Shown one piece after another: positions 14,865 to 15,740 of a stretch of 15,740 nt of DNA. The position numbers were made by a program, and so were the translations under genes. Under the pieces are notes generated by a model, which saw nothing but the letters and a program-made list of their open reading frames with translations, made no database searches and had not been told where the DNA came from. The first letter of the stretch is position 1. Each line of letters begins with the position of its first letter. The DNA lies in assembly GCA_964252075.1 (NCBI GenBank), contig CAXULY010000073.1, forward strand, positions 1 to 15,740, given 5' to 3'. The stretch is from an uncultured Deinococcaceae bacterium. GTDB lineage: Bacteria > Deinococcota > Deinococci > Deinococcales > Deinococcaceae.

Positions 14865-15542
14865 TCATGGCGCGTTCAGCCGCCCCAGGCGGTAGCCCGC
14901 GCCGCGCAGGGTGTCCACCACGTTCTCCCCGAGTTTGCGGCGCACGCTGGAGACGTACACGTCCACAATCTTGGGGTCCACCATGTGGTCGCCCGGCCAC
15001 AGCCGGTCAATGAGGCCCTGGCGGCTGAAGGTGCGCCCCGGGTGCAGCGCGAGGCACTCCAGCAGCGCGTACTCGCGCGGCGTGAGGTGCACCACGCGGC
15101 CCTCCAGGCTCACCTCGTGGCTCGTGACGTCCATGCTGAACCCGCCGGGCAGCTTCAGCACGTTGTCCGCGTGCCCGCCGGAGCGGCGCACCAGCGCCGT
15201 GAGGCGCGCGCGCAACTCCCGGAAGTCGAAGGGCTTGGTGAGGTAATCGTCCCCACCGATCTCCAGGCCGTGCACGCGCGAGTCGATGTCGTCGCGCGCG
15301 GTGAGGAACAGGATGGGCGTGCGGTTCTCGTGCGACCGCCACTCCCGCGCGAGGGTGAACCCCGCGCTCTGCTCGCCCTGCAGCATCACGTCCAGAATCA
15401 CGGCGTCGTACGGGTACAGGGCGCTCAGGCCGCGCGCGGCGGGGGCGTCCGGCGCGTGGTCCACGATGAGGCTCTCCTCGGAGAGGCCCTCCACCACCAC
15501 CGCCGCCAGACGCGGGTCGTCTTCTACCAGGAGCACACGCAT
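14865..15542 (-). CDS. OmpR/PhoB family DNA-binding response regulator
   Basis: MRVLLVEDD, ILDVML (phospho-Asp), LFLTA, DDYLTKPF, LTPREYALL, VDVYVSSVRRKL, TLRGAGY. Confidence 0.95.
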   Translation of the reverse strand: MRVLLVEDDPRLAAVVVEGLSEESLIVDHAPDAPAARGLSALYPYDAVILDVMLQGEQSAGFTLAREWRSHENRTPILFLTARDDIDSRVHGLEIGGDDYLTKPFDFRELRARLTALVRRSGGHADNVLKLPGGFSMDVTSHEVSLEGRVVHLTPREYALLECLALHPGRTFSRQGLIDRLWPGDHMVDPKIVDVYVSSVRRKLGENVVDTLRGAGYRLGRLNAP

Positions 15543-15594
15543 GTCGCTTGCGGTCCTTTCCGGGCCACGGGGCCCACCTCAACCATCCGGTCAC

Positions 15595-15740
15595 TCACGA
15601 GCCGCCGCCCGCGCCGCCGGGGAGGCCCAGCTCGCCGCTGGGGCGGGCGCTGCGGTCCGCCTGCGGGAGGCCCTCGCCGCGGCGTTTGCGTTCGAAGAAG
15701 AAGAAGGCGGCGGGGACGACGAAGAAGGTCATGACGGCGG
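15595..15740 (-). CDS. C-terminal end of an RND (AcrB-type) efflux permease, partial (not in ORF track)
   Basis: Hand translation ...AVMTFFVVPAAFFFFERKRRGEGLPQADRSARPSGELGLPGGAGGGS*. TxFVVP followed by a basic cluster matches the last TM helix of AcrB-family proteins. Confidence 0.65.
   Translation of the reverse strand, partial: AVMTFFVVPAAFFFFERKRRGEGLPQADRSARPSGELGLPGGAGGGS

Noticed and set aside
388..15013. Long antisense and alternate-frame ORFs (e.g. 388-2328, 2066-3646, 6986-8668, 8410-10170, 13505-15013)
   Set aside because: Shadow ORFs typical of high-GC coding DNA. They overlap clearly recognisable genes and show no family motifs.
1..15740. CRISPR array, tRNA, transposase or integrase
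   Set aside because: No regularly spaced repeats, cloverleaf motifs or recombinase/transposase ORFs were seen by eye.

Overview
GC-rich bacterial window, probably Deinococcus (inferred from many leaderless TANNNT-N5-7-start gene starts and the gene content). Left edge: a near-consensus sigma-A promoter (TTGACA-17-TATTCT, minus strand) reading into a structured non-coding leader that leaves the window. Then, on the minus strand, a long-form UbiD decarboxylase, a stand-alone HNH endonuclease, MarC and a 51-aa two-helix membrane protein missed by the ORF track. These are followed by small hypothetical genes and a GNAT acetyltransferase. The centre is a divergent sugar-utilisation locus. A YtfQ/YtfR/YtfT/YjfF-like (CUT2) ABC importer (minus) faces a tightly coupled operon (plus): PhyH-family Fe(II)/2-oxoglutarate dioxygenase, small PilZ-like beta protein, 7-codon bridging mini-ORF, KDPGal-type aldolase and DgoK kinase. 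No dehydrogenase, DgoD dehydratase or regulator is present. This locus is the best candidate for an undescribed system: a possible dioxygenase-initiated catabolic route for a modified sugar. Right end: the C-terminus of an RND permease followed by an OmpR-type response regulator and a histidine kinase (minus). No CRISPR, tRNA or mobile element is visible.
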